The position numbers and the translations under genes are program-made. From Craspedostauros australis (lineage: Eukaryota), in contig JALAGF010003958.1 of assembly GCA_030167865.1 (NCBI GenBank), positions 1 to 49,410 of the forward strand: 49,410 nt of DNA, written 5' to 3'. The notes under the pieces were generated by a model. That model was not told the origin of the DNA and searched no databases. It saw only the letters and a list, made by a program, of their open reading frames with translations. Below, piece by piece: positions 32,962-44,045 of the stretch. Each line of letters starts with the position of its first letter. Position 1 is the first letter of the stretch.

Positions 32962-34740
32962 CTACTCATTGATCTGGGTGGGAGACAATGCAGAAGCACG
33001 TCGACGGAAGTGCACGGGAAAGCCACCCTTCATCGGCATGACGAGGGTTTGGTTGTACTCGCCACCATGGCCCTCCACGTCCAGGAACTCATATCGGGGG
33101 AGTAGGTATGCCAGCACAGCTTTCATGCTCGTGAGGGCCATCGTGTGTCCGATGCAACGTCTCTTGCCCCCGAGGAAGATTGGGAGCTCAAATTCGGTAG
33201 GGTAACGCTCCATATCGAAGAAACGTTCTGGTTTGAACTCCATCACGTCGTCGCCCCACTTGGGTTGGTATCGACCCATCAGGAAGGGGCTGATGTTCAC
33301 CATGGCACCCTTGGGGATGGGTGTTCCATCGGGCAAGATGTCGGCCTTGACGGCAAATCGAGACACGGCCACGACGCTTGGGTGGAGCCGGAGCGCCTCC
33401 CAAGCGACAGCGTGGGTGTACTTCAGTTTCCCCAGGTTCTTGGGGGACAGATCCATTTGTTCGACATCGTCACCGAAGACGCGGCGAACTTCGTCAATGA
33501 TCTTTTTGACGACCGCGGGCTTCTTGGTGAGCTCGTAGAACGTCCAGGCCAGAGCGCACGCGGTGGTGTCGCGGCCGCCAATCAGTAGGTGGACGACGAT
33601 ATCATGAAGTGTATCCACGTCCGACTTGTCCAGCTCGCCGTTCCTCCCTTTCGTCAGGATGAATCTGCTCACAAGGTTGTCTCCAACCTCGTCCGGTGAT
33701 TCTCGGACCTGCCGTTTGAGATCTTCGATGACTTCGTCCGTGAAGTCGTGCACCACATCCGCAGATCGCTTCAGATCCCGCGCGTCCTTCGTGCACTGGA
33801 GCATGTACGCAGCATGCGACAATGGTTGGATGATGCTATCGAAGCAGAGCTGCTGCGCCCTGTCCAAGGCCAGAGCGAATTCGTGCTGAAAGTCGCCGCT
33901 TTGGATGCTCTCGAGGTCCACGCCCAGCAGCATCTGAGAGATGACATCGACCGTCAGGCGGAAGAGCATGTCTTGGATGTTGACGACGGCACAGCCGTCA
34001 GCCTTCTCATGCTGCGACTGATGCAGCGTCTGGTTCTGCTCGAGCAAGCCATCCATCACCCTTTCCAGCACCCCGAGCTTCCCCACCAAGAGGTTGATAC
34101 CTCTTCCCAGCATGTTTGTGGAGAAGAACTTGACGCCAAACTTGCGGTGGAAGGCCCATTCATCGCCATCACTGACGAGGATTCCATTCCGGAGAAGTGG
34201 GCCGTACCAAAGCTTGAGCGAAGGGCCCTTGACGTAGTTGTCGAAGTTGGAGTGAAGCACGTGCTTCACATTCTCGGCGGTGACGACGAAGAATGCCGCC
34301 CCGCCCAGGCCACCCATGTTCGGCATGGGACCGCCCCAGGTCGCTCTGTACAGATTTGAGAGTCGAACGGTTTCGGCTGGCCACGTGGCCCACCGAACCC
34401 AGACGTAATTGAGCATCCCGATGCCGAAGATGGTCGGCGGGCCGGGAACCCTCTTCGAGACGGGCTTTGGCTTGATCTTGCAGATGATCGCGACTAAAAC
34501 AACGGCCGCGATGAAGATAGGGAAGAGGGGTTTCATCTGCAACATGGCGATGTAATTGATATCGTGATGCTCACCTATGTCCATCACCCACCTCAAGGTT
34601 TGTTTCCACACTTGCGGCATCTCCGCCTGGCCGACGCCTAGGGTCGTCGCAGATACTTGGGTTGTTGCCATCGCCGCGGCCGTCGCTGCTGCGATCACTA
34701 CTGTCGCAACTGAAGGTGCGATTGTTGGTTGGGAGCTCAT
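32962..34740 (-). CDS. Cytochrome P450 (resembles the CYP86/94/704-type fatty-acid hydroxylase group)
   Basis: N-terminal transmembrane anchor plus VPGPP, I-helix IGGRDTTA, EALR, PERF and the heme-binding FLGGKRRCIG. The NVKHVLHSNFDNYVKG segment is typical of CYP86-clan enzymes. Confidence 0.93.
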   Translation of the reverse strand: MSSQPTIAPSVATVVIAAATAAAMATTQVSATTLGVGQAEMPQVWKQTLRWVMDIGEHHDINYIAMLQMKPLFPIFIAAVVLVAIICKIKPKPVSKRVPGPPTIFGIGMLNYVWVRWATWPAETVRLSNLYRATWGGPMPNMGGLGGAAFFVVTAENVKHVLHSNFDNYVKGPSLKLWYGPLLRNGILVSDGDEWAFHRKFGVKFFSTNMLGRGINLLVGKLGVLERVMDGLLEQNQTLHQSQHEKADGCAVVNIQDMLFRLTVDVISQMLLGVDLESIQSGDFQHEFALALDRAQQLCFDSIIQPLSHAAYMLQCTKDARDLKRSADVVHDFTDEVIEDLKRQVRESPDEVGDNLVSRFILTKGRNGELDKSDVDTLHDIVVHLLIGGRDTTACALAWTFYELTKKPAVVKKIIDEVRRVFGDDVEQMDLSPKNLGKLKYTHAVAWEALRLHPSVVAVSRFAVKADILPDGTPIPKGAMVNISPFLMGRYQPKWGDDVMEFKPERFFDMERYPTEFELPIFLGGKRRCIGHTMALTSMKAVLAYLLPRYEFLDVEGHGGEYNQTLVMPMKGGFPVHFRRRASALSPTQINE

Positions 34741-36144
34741 GGCTGTTGGTTCTAGTGGGGTAGGTTGAGATGCAACTTGTTGAAATTATGACACCATCCA
34801 ACGAAGCAACTGCCTTTTTCGTCCTGGTGGGCCAGGTATTACGACTATACATAGGAGTGTGTGGGCACTCTATTCGCATTCCTCTCGCGTTGCTACACAT
34901 GCTACTTCTTCGCCATGTTTGCCTACTGCGTATTGGTACGAGTAGAGCACCTACGTCGTTGCGACACCTTCTGTATTTGCGAGCATCTGTTTGATGCAGG
35001 ATGGCCATGCGAGGCTGCGATTAAGAGCGCACATTGCCGCTCGTCTATTGTATACGAGATAGTGCCATACGTGTTCGTGTACTCTAATCGAAGTTGAGAT
35101 TCAACGGGCGCTCCTGGGCGGCAGCGATGCCTTGGCATCGCCCCATCTCCACCCAACTCGTGGCGATTCCATTCCAAAATGTTTCGCACACAAAAGACGG
35201 CGATCAAGGCTGCATACTCTCCATCACATGTACTTATGGGATGGTGTGCGATGAGGAACCGTTCGGCATCGCACCCCTTCGGTGCGAAAGCGAGGAAGCG
35301 CGATCACGAGTTCGGTTGGTTCGACTTCTGACACTGCCGCCATCACGCGTCGAGGGCGACGTGATGTTCCTTCACCGAAGCCAGCCACAAATGAGTAACC
35401 ATCGCACACTTCATGAGTGCGATCACATCTCGTGCCCAAAGTTAAATATGAATGCGTGCTCATCTACGACCTATGTTTGGAAGTGTCGTCATCGTATGCA
35501 CGCCATAGTTCTACGTCCTGTTTGGGTCCGCCAAACTGTCTACCAATACTACACGAGAACACAGACACATATTAGAGCATAGTCGATTAGTCCGGCTTGA
35601 TCGGACAGACTTGCAGACCGAAGACAGCTGTTTCGCATAGATTGTCAATTGTGAAGAATGTACATATTTTCACTCATATCGAAGGCTACAATGCCAAGAG
35701 TAGAATCAACAGGTTGTTCGACAAACATCAACTCATGACGAACAAAAACAACCAAGGTTCGGCATTTCGTACCAGATGGGGTTCGCATACGTTCGATATG
35801 CATTCATGACATCTGACCATGATTACTTTTCAATGATCAGAAATTGTCGAACCACTCGGCCAACAAAATTGGAGAACAAGTTTCGCCTTTGATGCAACTA
35901 CAGCCAACAATGAGAATTTGGAACTGTCTGCCAGAAGAACGAAGATGATGGAATCTTCTTTGTGGAGGCGTGTTGGTGCTGTTCGGTGGAGCAACGATCA
36001 CCGTCGCAGATACGGAGACAACCAGAGAGAGACACCAACATACCCATACCCTCAGCTCGTGCCACACAACTTCTGTGGATCACCCTTGCCATAACTCGGA
36101 TAGCATTATATCATACTGCATTGCAACTGAGAGACAACGCCAAG

Positions 36145-37341
36145 ATGTTTTCGTGCTCGAGACTCGCCTCAACCACGCTGATCCGTTCGCGCGGCGCCGC
36201 CAGACGATGGTTGACAGAAAAGGCCTCGACATCCGTGGGCAAGGAGGAGGCCGCCAAGGCCGTGGCGAAGGAGAAGGTGGCCTCCGCCACGACCGCGGAA
36301 GCAGCAGCTGAGACGAAGCCCACCGGCCTGTGGCATTCCGCCGGATTCTGGGGTGGCCTTGGCGCCGCCGCCGGATGGGGAATGTCGCTCTCCGCGATCT
36401 ACGATTCCATGAATTCCGGTCCCGAGGTGATCAGCCTGACGATGACGCCGGTGCTCATGATCTACTCCGGCCTCTTCATGCGCTGGGCGTGGATCGTCCA
36501 GCCACGCAACGTGCCGTTGGCTGCATGCCATCTGGCGAACGTCATTGCCCAAACCAACCAGCTGCGTCGTGCGCTGCAGCACAAGATGGAGAATGGCGAG
36601 AAGGAGAGGGTCATGGAGCTTGGCAAGCAGGCTGCCGTCGGCGGCACTGTGCTCGCCGGATGCGTCGCCGCTGGTCCACGAGCTCGATCCGCCCTCACGA
36701 ACGCGAATTTGGGAGCCATCTCTGCAATCGCAGCTGCCGACGCTGGTCCATTTACCGTTCATTTCTGGGTGAGTCGCCACACTCCACGACGATACGATGC
36801 GATACGTCACGTGATGCGATCTGTGCGATGTGTGATGTATGATATGTGATGTGCCATGCACTTGCGTTTAGTGTTACATTATACACGCTTGCCTCTGCAT
36901 GAGTACATGTGCATGCTTGTACCCGTGATGGCAAATCATCACGTTCGTCATCTCACCCATCGCTGTTGCTCCATCCATGTTGTTCACCGTATTGCTGCAC
37001 AATGGCATTGGCGTCACTACGAATACAACGGGATGGCGGAAACCTCGTTTGCAATTCGGCAGGCACCCATGTCGAAATGGGGTATTTCCGGTGCCAGCTT
37101 CTTCGACCTGCACCGCCCAACTGACCAGATCAGCCTCCCTCAGTACACCGCCCTGACGCTGACCGGGTTCTTCTTTTCGCGATATTCCTTGCTGGTGACT
37201 CCTGTCAACTACGTGTTGATGAGCGTCAATGTCGCCCTCTTCGGCAGCTCCGCGTGGCATCTTGGTCGTAAGGTCAAGGCCGACTTCATCGACGAACAAC
37301 CAGCAACAGCAGCCGATGATGCTGCTGCTGAGTCTGCCTGA
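36145..37341 (+). CDS. MPC: Mitochondrial pyruvate carrier with two tandem MPC domains (MPC1-like fused to MPC2-like); exons 36145-36768 and 37063-37341
   Basis: Presequence MFSCSRLASTTLIRSRGAARRW. Domain 1: FWGG..GWG..PEVISLTMT..YSGLFMRWAWIVQPRN..ACH..N..AQ. Domain 2 spans the GT-AG intron: GPFTVHFW-APMSKWG..DL.RP...S..Q..AL..TG..FSRYSLLVTPVNY.L..VN. Confidence 0.9.
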
Positions 37342-38215
37342 GGTTGAGATTGAAATTGAGATTCGAAATCGAGCGATGCGGCCACAGAAAAAACGTTTCG
37401 CCCACTCCATCCTTGCAGAGGAGTTCAGACTCAAGAGCAGCTGATGTCAACCGTCCCACAACACAATCGTCACCTGTGGCATCTTGGAGCACTACATGCC
37501 TACACACTCGTAGTTATATCATTCACAGAGAGTAACATGAACGGTCGTAACTGTCTCCGAAGTCGTGATGGAGGACATTGCTCGTGTACTGCGACCTTGT
37601 TCTTGACGGGGCTGTCGCCAAATTGTACCTCTCGAGAGATAGTACGAGTACAGCAGCACTCAAGCTGTTTTGTTTGCAGCAATCTGCGGCTGCGAGTGTA
37701 ATCACATGAAATGCTTCTCGAATAATGAACTGTGTCATGCATCTATTATACTCATGCATCTCCGACTCTTGTCTTCGAAGATCGTGCGTGTGCTGTGCAA
37801 GGTGCCAGCTGCTCCGCTCCTCCTCCAAAGTCGCATCGAATCATTCAATCATGCATCCATTCAATCCAACGGTCCGCGATACCATGAGGGCACAAGTGCC
37901 AGGAGAGCGCACCAGAGTGTTCCATACGATCTACTCATCGTGATCGATCTTTCCATGAACGCGTGCTCTGTGTTTGGTTTTGTTCCCTAACGCTGTGATG
38001 TGGTGTGCTCTCCTGCACCACCTGTGAATGCGATTGTAAACCTTCATGGTGCTTATGGTACACTTCCTCTGTGCTTTGGTCCATCAATACTCCACAAGGA
38101 TCTTGGCAAAGGCTTTCCTCCGATCGCACATGGCAGCCTCATTCGTTTCATGGTATCCGTGGGTATGCTTGCGAGGCAGAGCCTTACTCCACTCTGTGCT
38201 ACTCGAACATTCCAT

Positions 38216-38834
38216 CTACAGGATGGCGCAGCATGGCATTTCGCCCGCAGTGATGGAATTGAATGTTGAGCATCGCGCGCATCTCCATGAAGTTGCTCCA
38301 TTTGGCAGATCGTATGGCTGTGGAATGTTGTCGTATACGGTATGGTATCAAAGGTGATTCAAGTTGTGACGCAGCATAGATCATACAGCAGGACGGCATG
38401 GAGTAAGGGACCGGCACCAGTGCAGCGTAGCAATCGGTACGAGTACGAGTGCGAGAGGTAAAGGAACAAGAGGCCGCAGAGGATTCCTTGATGAGAAACA
38501 ATTAGGAAGAAGGTTGAGCCCTCAGGCAAGCCGCAGAGAGATCAGCAAAACATGTTCATTACCATACTGCCATTGCCTTTCCCCGCGAACGCATGAGCTC
38601 AACCGAACGATGTGAGAGTGTCATGGTGGATCATACTTGCACCATCGCACACCATGGGCAAACGGAACCCAAGACGCCAGTCCCGACACTTACCGTCTGA
38701 CACTTCTCACAGTAAAATCGCGCGTGGTTCGACGGGATTGGTGTTTCGTTCTTGCCATCGTTCGTTGGGACAGCATTTGTGATCGTGATCTCCTCCTCGT
38801 GCTTGTTGTCGTATTTATTGTTATCCTTGTTCAT
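38216..38834 (-). CDS. Small (80 aa) zinc-ribbon protein ending in a CaaX box; exons 38834-38694 and 38317-38216
   Basis: A phase-0 GTAAGT...CCACAG intron gives MNKDNN..HARFYCEKCQT-PYDLPNGATSWRCARCSTFNSITAGEMPCCAIL*, with two CxxC pairs and a C-terminal CAIL. Confidence 0.8.
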
Positions 38835-39443
38835 GATGCTCGTTGTTTGATTTGTTTGAAGTGCTTGATTCTTCTCCTTGATGTTCGATGTGCAATGTAT
38901 TCTACAAGCTGTGGTATGGGTGTGCTCTTTGCTCCTGTGTGCGTGTCTCTCCTTGATGGTGTTGCTCTTGCCGTGTCTGTTTTGTGTCAACTTTCCTGCG
39001 TTGTGTTTTGTGTGTTATGCTCTGTGGTGTGTGTTTGTGTGCGCGTGATGCGAAGAGTCCCAAACAGCGTTGCGTTGGAGTCGTTGCGGTTGTGTCAAGG
39101 AACATCGAACCTCTTTGCGCTTGTACGACTCAATTCGGACGAAGAGAATCTGGTCAGTCTTGCTTGACTAGCGTGGACTTATAGAGCTTCTATTCACGGT
39201 TTGGGCCTTAGACTTCCAATTCAAGCATAGGTAAAGCAACTGTTTTTGGCACCACTCTCGCAGGAACCGGAACAGTCCTGGCGACGACATGACAACAGGA
39301 CACCAGGGAATGCAATGGAACCTCACAGCAGACGACGGCCTACATCGCGGCGTACTTGCATGGCACCTTTACCATCATAATGTTTGAGAATTGTTGAGCA
39401 TGGTGCTATGCTACGAGTATGGTCTCGTTAAAATGATTGCCGT

Positions 39444-42400
39444 TTAATATTTCTTGGCCTTCTCCATGACGGCGTCCACGTGGCTGACGCCTGGAACTGT
39501 GAATTGGCAGCTGTCCTTCTTGCCACCACCCTTGCCTCCGGTGCCTTCGCAGGATGTCGTGACCCACTGCTTGCAGTCAATATCCAGTCCCTTCGCTGCG
39601 ACGGCCATGACCATGAAACGGTCGGCGGCCTCGTCGGCAGAGACGAGCATGAGAGCCTTGTCCTTGATCTTCTTGGTGAATGCCTGCGTCACGCTCTTCG
39701 CGAGCTTGCCATCGATGCCGAAGTCGAAGCGGTAGACGACCTTGTTGCCCTCCGAGGCTTCGCCTGCGGCGATGGCACCTTGCTTGATTTCGCCGGTCAT
39801 GCCGGCAAGCCGTTCCTTCTTCCATGCGACTGCCTTCTTCGACATCTTCTGCAGGGTGGCGCGGAAATCGTTCTTTCGGACCGCGGAGATGACGAGGGCA
39901 TCGAGCTCGGCGGTCAGCGTCTTGACCTCCTTTTCGAGGTTGGCACCTTCGACGGCTTCCGCAGCGGTGAGTTTGACCTCGAATGCTTCAGCGGCAGCGA
40001 TGGCGGCCTTGGCCTTCTCTCTGGTCACGAAGACCATGCGGCGGATACCCTTGGCGATACCCTCCTCGCTCAGCAGCGCGAAGGCTTCGGCGTCCTTGGT
40101 GTTGCTCAGGTGCGTTCCACCACAAAACTCCAGACTGTAATCTCCCCACTTGGAATCATCTGGGTTGGCCAGGATCTCTGGAATTGGGGTTGCGGAGATT
40201 GAGACGACTCGCACGGGATCGGGGTACTTCTCACCGAACACAGCACGCAGCGAGCTGATCTTCTGGGCATCATCGAGTGGAGTCACGTGCGAGGTGACTG
40301 GAACTCCCTCCTGGATGTTCTTCACGCACTCTGCCTCCACATCCTTCATCTGTGCTGCGGTGAGGGCACCATTCCACGAGAAGTCGAATCGCGACTTGAG
40401 CTCGTCCTGCAGCGATCCCTTCTGGTCGACGCTGACGTTGGAGGTCTTGCCTTCCTTGGCGGGACGGGCGATGAGGACTTCGCGCAGGGCGTGGTTCAGC
40501 ACATGCGTCATGGTGTGGTTGGAGGCGATTTCGGTACGCCGGGCGTAGTCGACGCTGCAGGTGGCGGCATCACCGACGGCCAGGGTACCGTCTGTGACGA
40601 CACCCACATGGAGCACAAACTGACCGTACAGCTGAACGTTCTCAACCTTGACTGTGCCTGACGCAGTCTTGATGGTACCAATGTCATAGATCTGACCTCC
40701 GGCCTCGGCGTAGAAGCTGCTCTTGTCGAGGATGACTCCGACCGTGGTGCTGTCCGGCGAGACGGAGTCAACGAATCCGATCTTGTCCTCCGTCTCGTTT
40801 CTGCCAATGAAGAGGGCCTCGATCTTGCATGCCTCCAGGGGCTTGTCCCACACGTACTTCTCGTCGTCGTTGGTGGCGCCAACGCCCTTGCCCACGAGCG
40901 TAGCGGTTTGCTCTGCGACCATGCGCATGTCCTTGCCGGAGCCGCCTGCCATTTTGGCTATGTGGGCGGCTGCGCTCAATTCCTGCTCTGCCTTCATCTT
41001 CGCCTCGAAGCCACCCTTGTCGACGGTGAGTCCCTTCTCCTCGGCCATGAGCTGCGTGAGGTCGATTGGGAAGCCCATGGATGTGTAGAGGAAGTGAGCG
41101 TCCTCGCCGGAGAAGACCTTGCCCTCTTCGAGCTTGGCAGCGAGCTCGTTGAACTTCTGGATGCCCTTGTCCAGGGTTCTGGAGAAGGATTCCTCCTCGT
41201 CGCGGATGATGGCAGTGATGTACGCCTGCTTCTCGATGAGCTCTGGGAAGGTGTTGCCCATGAGGTTGACGAGGGCCGGCACGAGGGTGGCGAAGAAGCC
41301 GAGCTCGGCGTTCAAATTCTGGCGTCCGTATCGCACAGCACGGCGCAGGACGCGTCGCAGCACGTATCCACGACCATCATTGCTTGGAACGGCACCATCG
41401 GCGATGGCGAAGGAGAGGGTTCGGATGTGGTCGGCGACAACACGGTATGCCATGTCCACAAAGTCGGAATCGTCCTTGCCGACCTTTCCGGTGTATGACC
41501 TGGCGCCGGTGGCCTTTTGAATAGCATCGAAGAGCGGCATGAAGATGTCGGTGTCGTAGTTGGAGTCGACGCCTTGCAAGATGCTGGTGAGACGCTCGAA
41601 TCCCATGCCGGTGTCAATGTGCTGCGCTGGGAGCGGTCGGAGCGATCCATCCGCCTCTCTGTTGTACTGAATGAAGACGTTGTTCCAGATCTCGATGACG
41701 TCCGGGAGGTCCGCGTTGACCAGCTTGGCGGCGTCTCTGCCTCCGATACGATCGTAGTGGATCTCCTGTGGAATGTGGAATGTGATGACCCAGATTTGTG
41801 CACAGATTGTGTATTGCACATCGTGCCGCGCGTTTTGTGCGAAAGCATTGCGACAAGCATTATCGATGTTGATGCGGTGACCACGATCGCAATTGTATTT
41901 GGAACAAGAGCAGGGAATATCCGTATTGACATGGGTCGCAAGTTTGGCAAATTGGCATCGCGTGTCATGATGGAGCATTTTCGTTTTGTTGAAGTTATTT
42001 GTCGTTGATGTCATGTTGCCAGTTGGGTTTCCAATGCGAATAGAATGCAGGCGCAATTCAAGTGCGAGTTCAACCCGGTGGGGATGGAAAGAGATGCGAT
42101 GATCGCATGGCAGGAGCGTTCCATCAATCGAAAGGGTGGTCCAAAATGACACACACAATAGCCGAAGGGAGAGAGAGAGAGAGTGAGCACGTTTGTTGAC
42201 GGGAATTGCGAGGCGCCAAAGGACAGGATTGTCCAATCACAAGAGTGCGATCATCTCAGGTCGATTTGGAAGTTGGACATCCGTGCTCTTCAAATGTGCT
42301 GACGGAAGCGACAAGACACATCGTCGCACAGCTGTCGTGGCACAACACAATGAGGGTAACGCAGACGTACCGTGCAGGGACCACATGGTCCTGTGGCACC

Positions 42401-42952
42401 CATCTCCCAGAAGTTGTCCTTGGCATCGAACGGCAGAACGCGGCTGGCTGGCAGGTACTCCAACCACATTTCGCGTGCCTCTTCGTCTGCCGGGGAGGAC
42501 TCGTCACCGCCAAAGTAGGTGGCGTAGAGACGTTCTTGATCGAGGCCGTACTCCTCCGTGAGGCAGGTCCAGGCCATGTGGATGGCCTCCTTCTTGAAGT
42601 AATCTCCGAAGGACCAGTTGCCAAGCATCTCAAAGAAGGTGTGGTGGTAGACGTCCTTTCCCACGTCGTCGAGATCGTTGTGCTTGCCGCCGGCGCGGAT
42701 GCATTTCTGGGTGTTGACGGCGCGCTTGAGCGATGCCATCTTGAGGGATGGGTCGCACGTGCCCAGGAACAGAGGCTTGTACTGATTCATTCCCGCGTTG
42801 GTGAATAGCAGGGTGGGGTCGTCCACCGGAACGCATGGCGATGATGGCCAGAAGGTGTGCCCGTGCTTCTTCGCGAAGAAGTCGATGAAGGTCTGACGGA
42901 CCTTGTCCATGGGCCACTCCAGCGGGGTCTCTCCATCCTTTGCTTCGCTCAT
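39444..42952 (-). CDS. AARS: Alanyl-tRNA synthetase (eukaryotic cytosolic type); exons 42952-42371 and 41765-39444
   Basis: [56 protein letters not shown] across the intron, DTGMGFERL, editing motifs NHTMTH and EFCGGTH, and C-terminal GKGGGK. Confidence 0.97.
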
Positions 42953-44045
42953 CTTGCTTCCTCGTGTGGTTGTTGTTGATGGTGCTGCTTGGTTGGTGGG
43001 GGAACTGCTGGTGGGAGAACTGCTGGTGCTCAACTGTGGATGGATCTCAAGAGCGAGAACAAGATCTTGAGTTCGTCTTGGTTGCTTGCGGCTTTCGAAG
43101 TATTGGTGATTTGTGATGCGATCCTCTGCAGCTTTCCGCTTCTTCGTCGTTGATGTGTGATGTATACTCGTGGAGTGGACGTGTGATAGATTGGCGTGGT
43201 CGCAGGAGCGGAGATCGTTGGAGTGTGCGGATGGCAATGTTGATGTTCAACGTCACACCATTTCTGCTCGCATCTATCTCTCTGCGCGGCTTTCTGTGTG
43301 CGTTGCCAAACAGTGCGACCTGTCAATCCAAACATTGTCACTGATAGATCGCGTCACGTGTGTTTGGCGTTTCCTGCGTCCGTGTCTGTCTGTTTGCGTG
43401 CATCTTCACTTCTTCTGCTCGCTTCATTCGTCCTTGTCTCACGTCGTTTCGTGTTGTTTTGCGTTGTTGTTCTTGTTCTTGTTCTGTTTCAACACGACCG
43501 TCTGTCCGTCGAGAATGGTTGACTGGACGATTCCAGATTCCTTCCACCTGGAAAGGTCGATTGAGTCGAACACTGTATCCAGCATCAACGCACACACGCA
43601 CAGACGCTACTGGAATCAAAAGAGGAACACAAAACGTGTGGTGGGAGGAGGCACAACAGACAACTAACAACAGACACCGCGAAGCGGGAGAAGGTGATGC
43701 CAACCAATCTGTGGAGCGTGGCATGTTGTTGCTGTTGCTGTTGCTGTTGCTGTCGCGGCAACAACCAGAACCGTCCAATCAATCTGCAAACAGCTTGCGA
43801 CTGGACAAGATCAAGACAGATCGTGTTGTGTTTGTTGCCTCGCACCCTTTCTCTCTGTGGTCATCAACGCAGTCGTGCACTGTCGTCGTCAACCACACCA
43901 CATCCACAGCTGCCCCACATTACGCGCTCGTACTGGAGTACCATCCCATCACGGACAAGATCGCCTTGGCAACACAACACAAGTCGAATCGGTACGGGTT
44001 GAACGAAGAGAACGACAGAAGCAAACAGACAAGCAAGCAGGCACC

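Noticed and set aside
41766-42236. N-terminal 157 aa of the 930-aa ORF as part of AlaRS
   Set aside because: This is intron read-through. The conserved GPCGPCT-EIHYDR motif is restored only by splicing 42371 to 41765.
42953-43237. Open frame upstream of the AlaRS ATG as an organellar targeting extension
   Set aside because: There is no in-frame ATG or convincing upstream exon, so dual targeting cannot be supported from the sequence alone.
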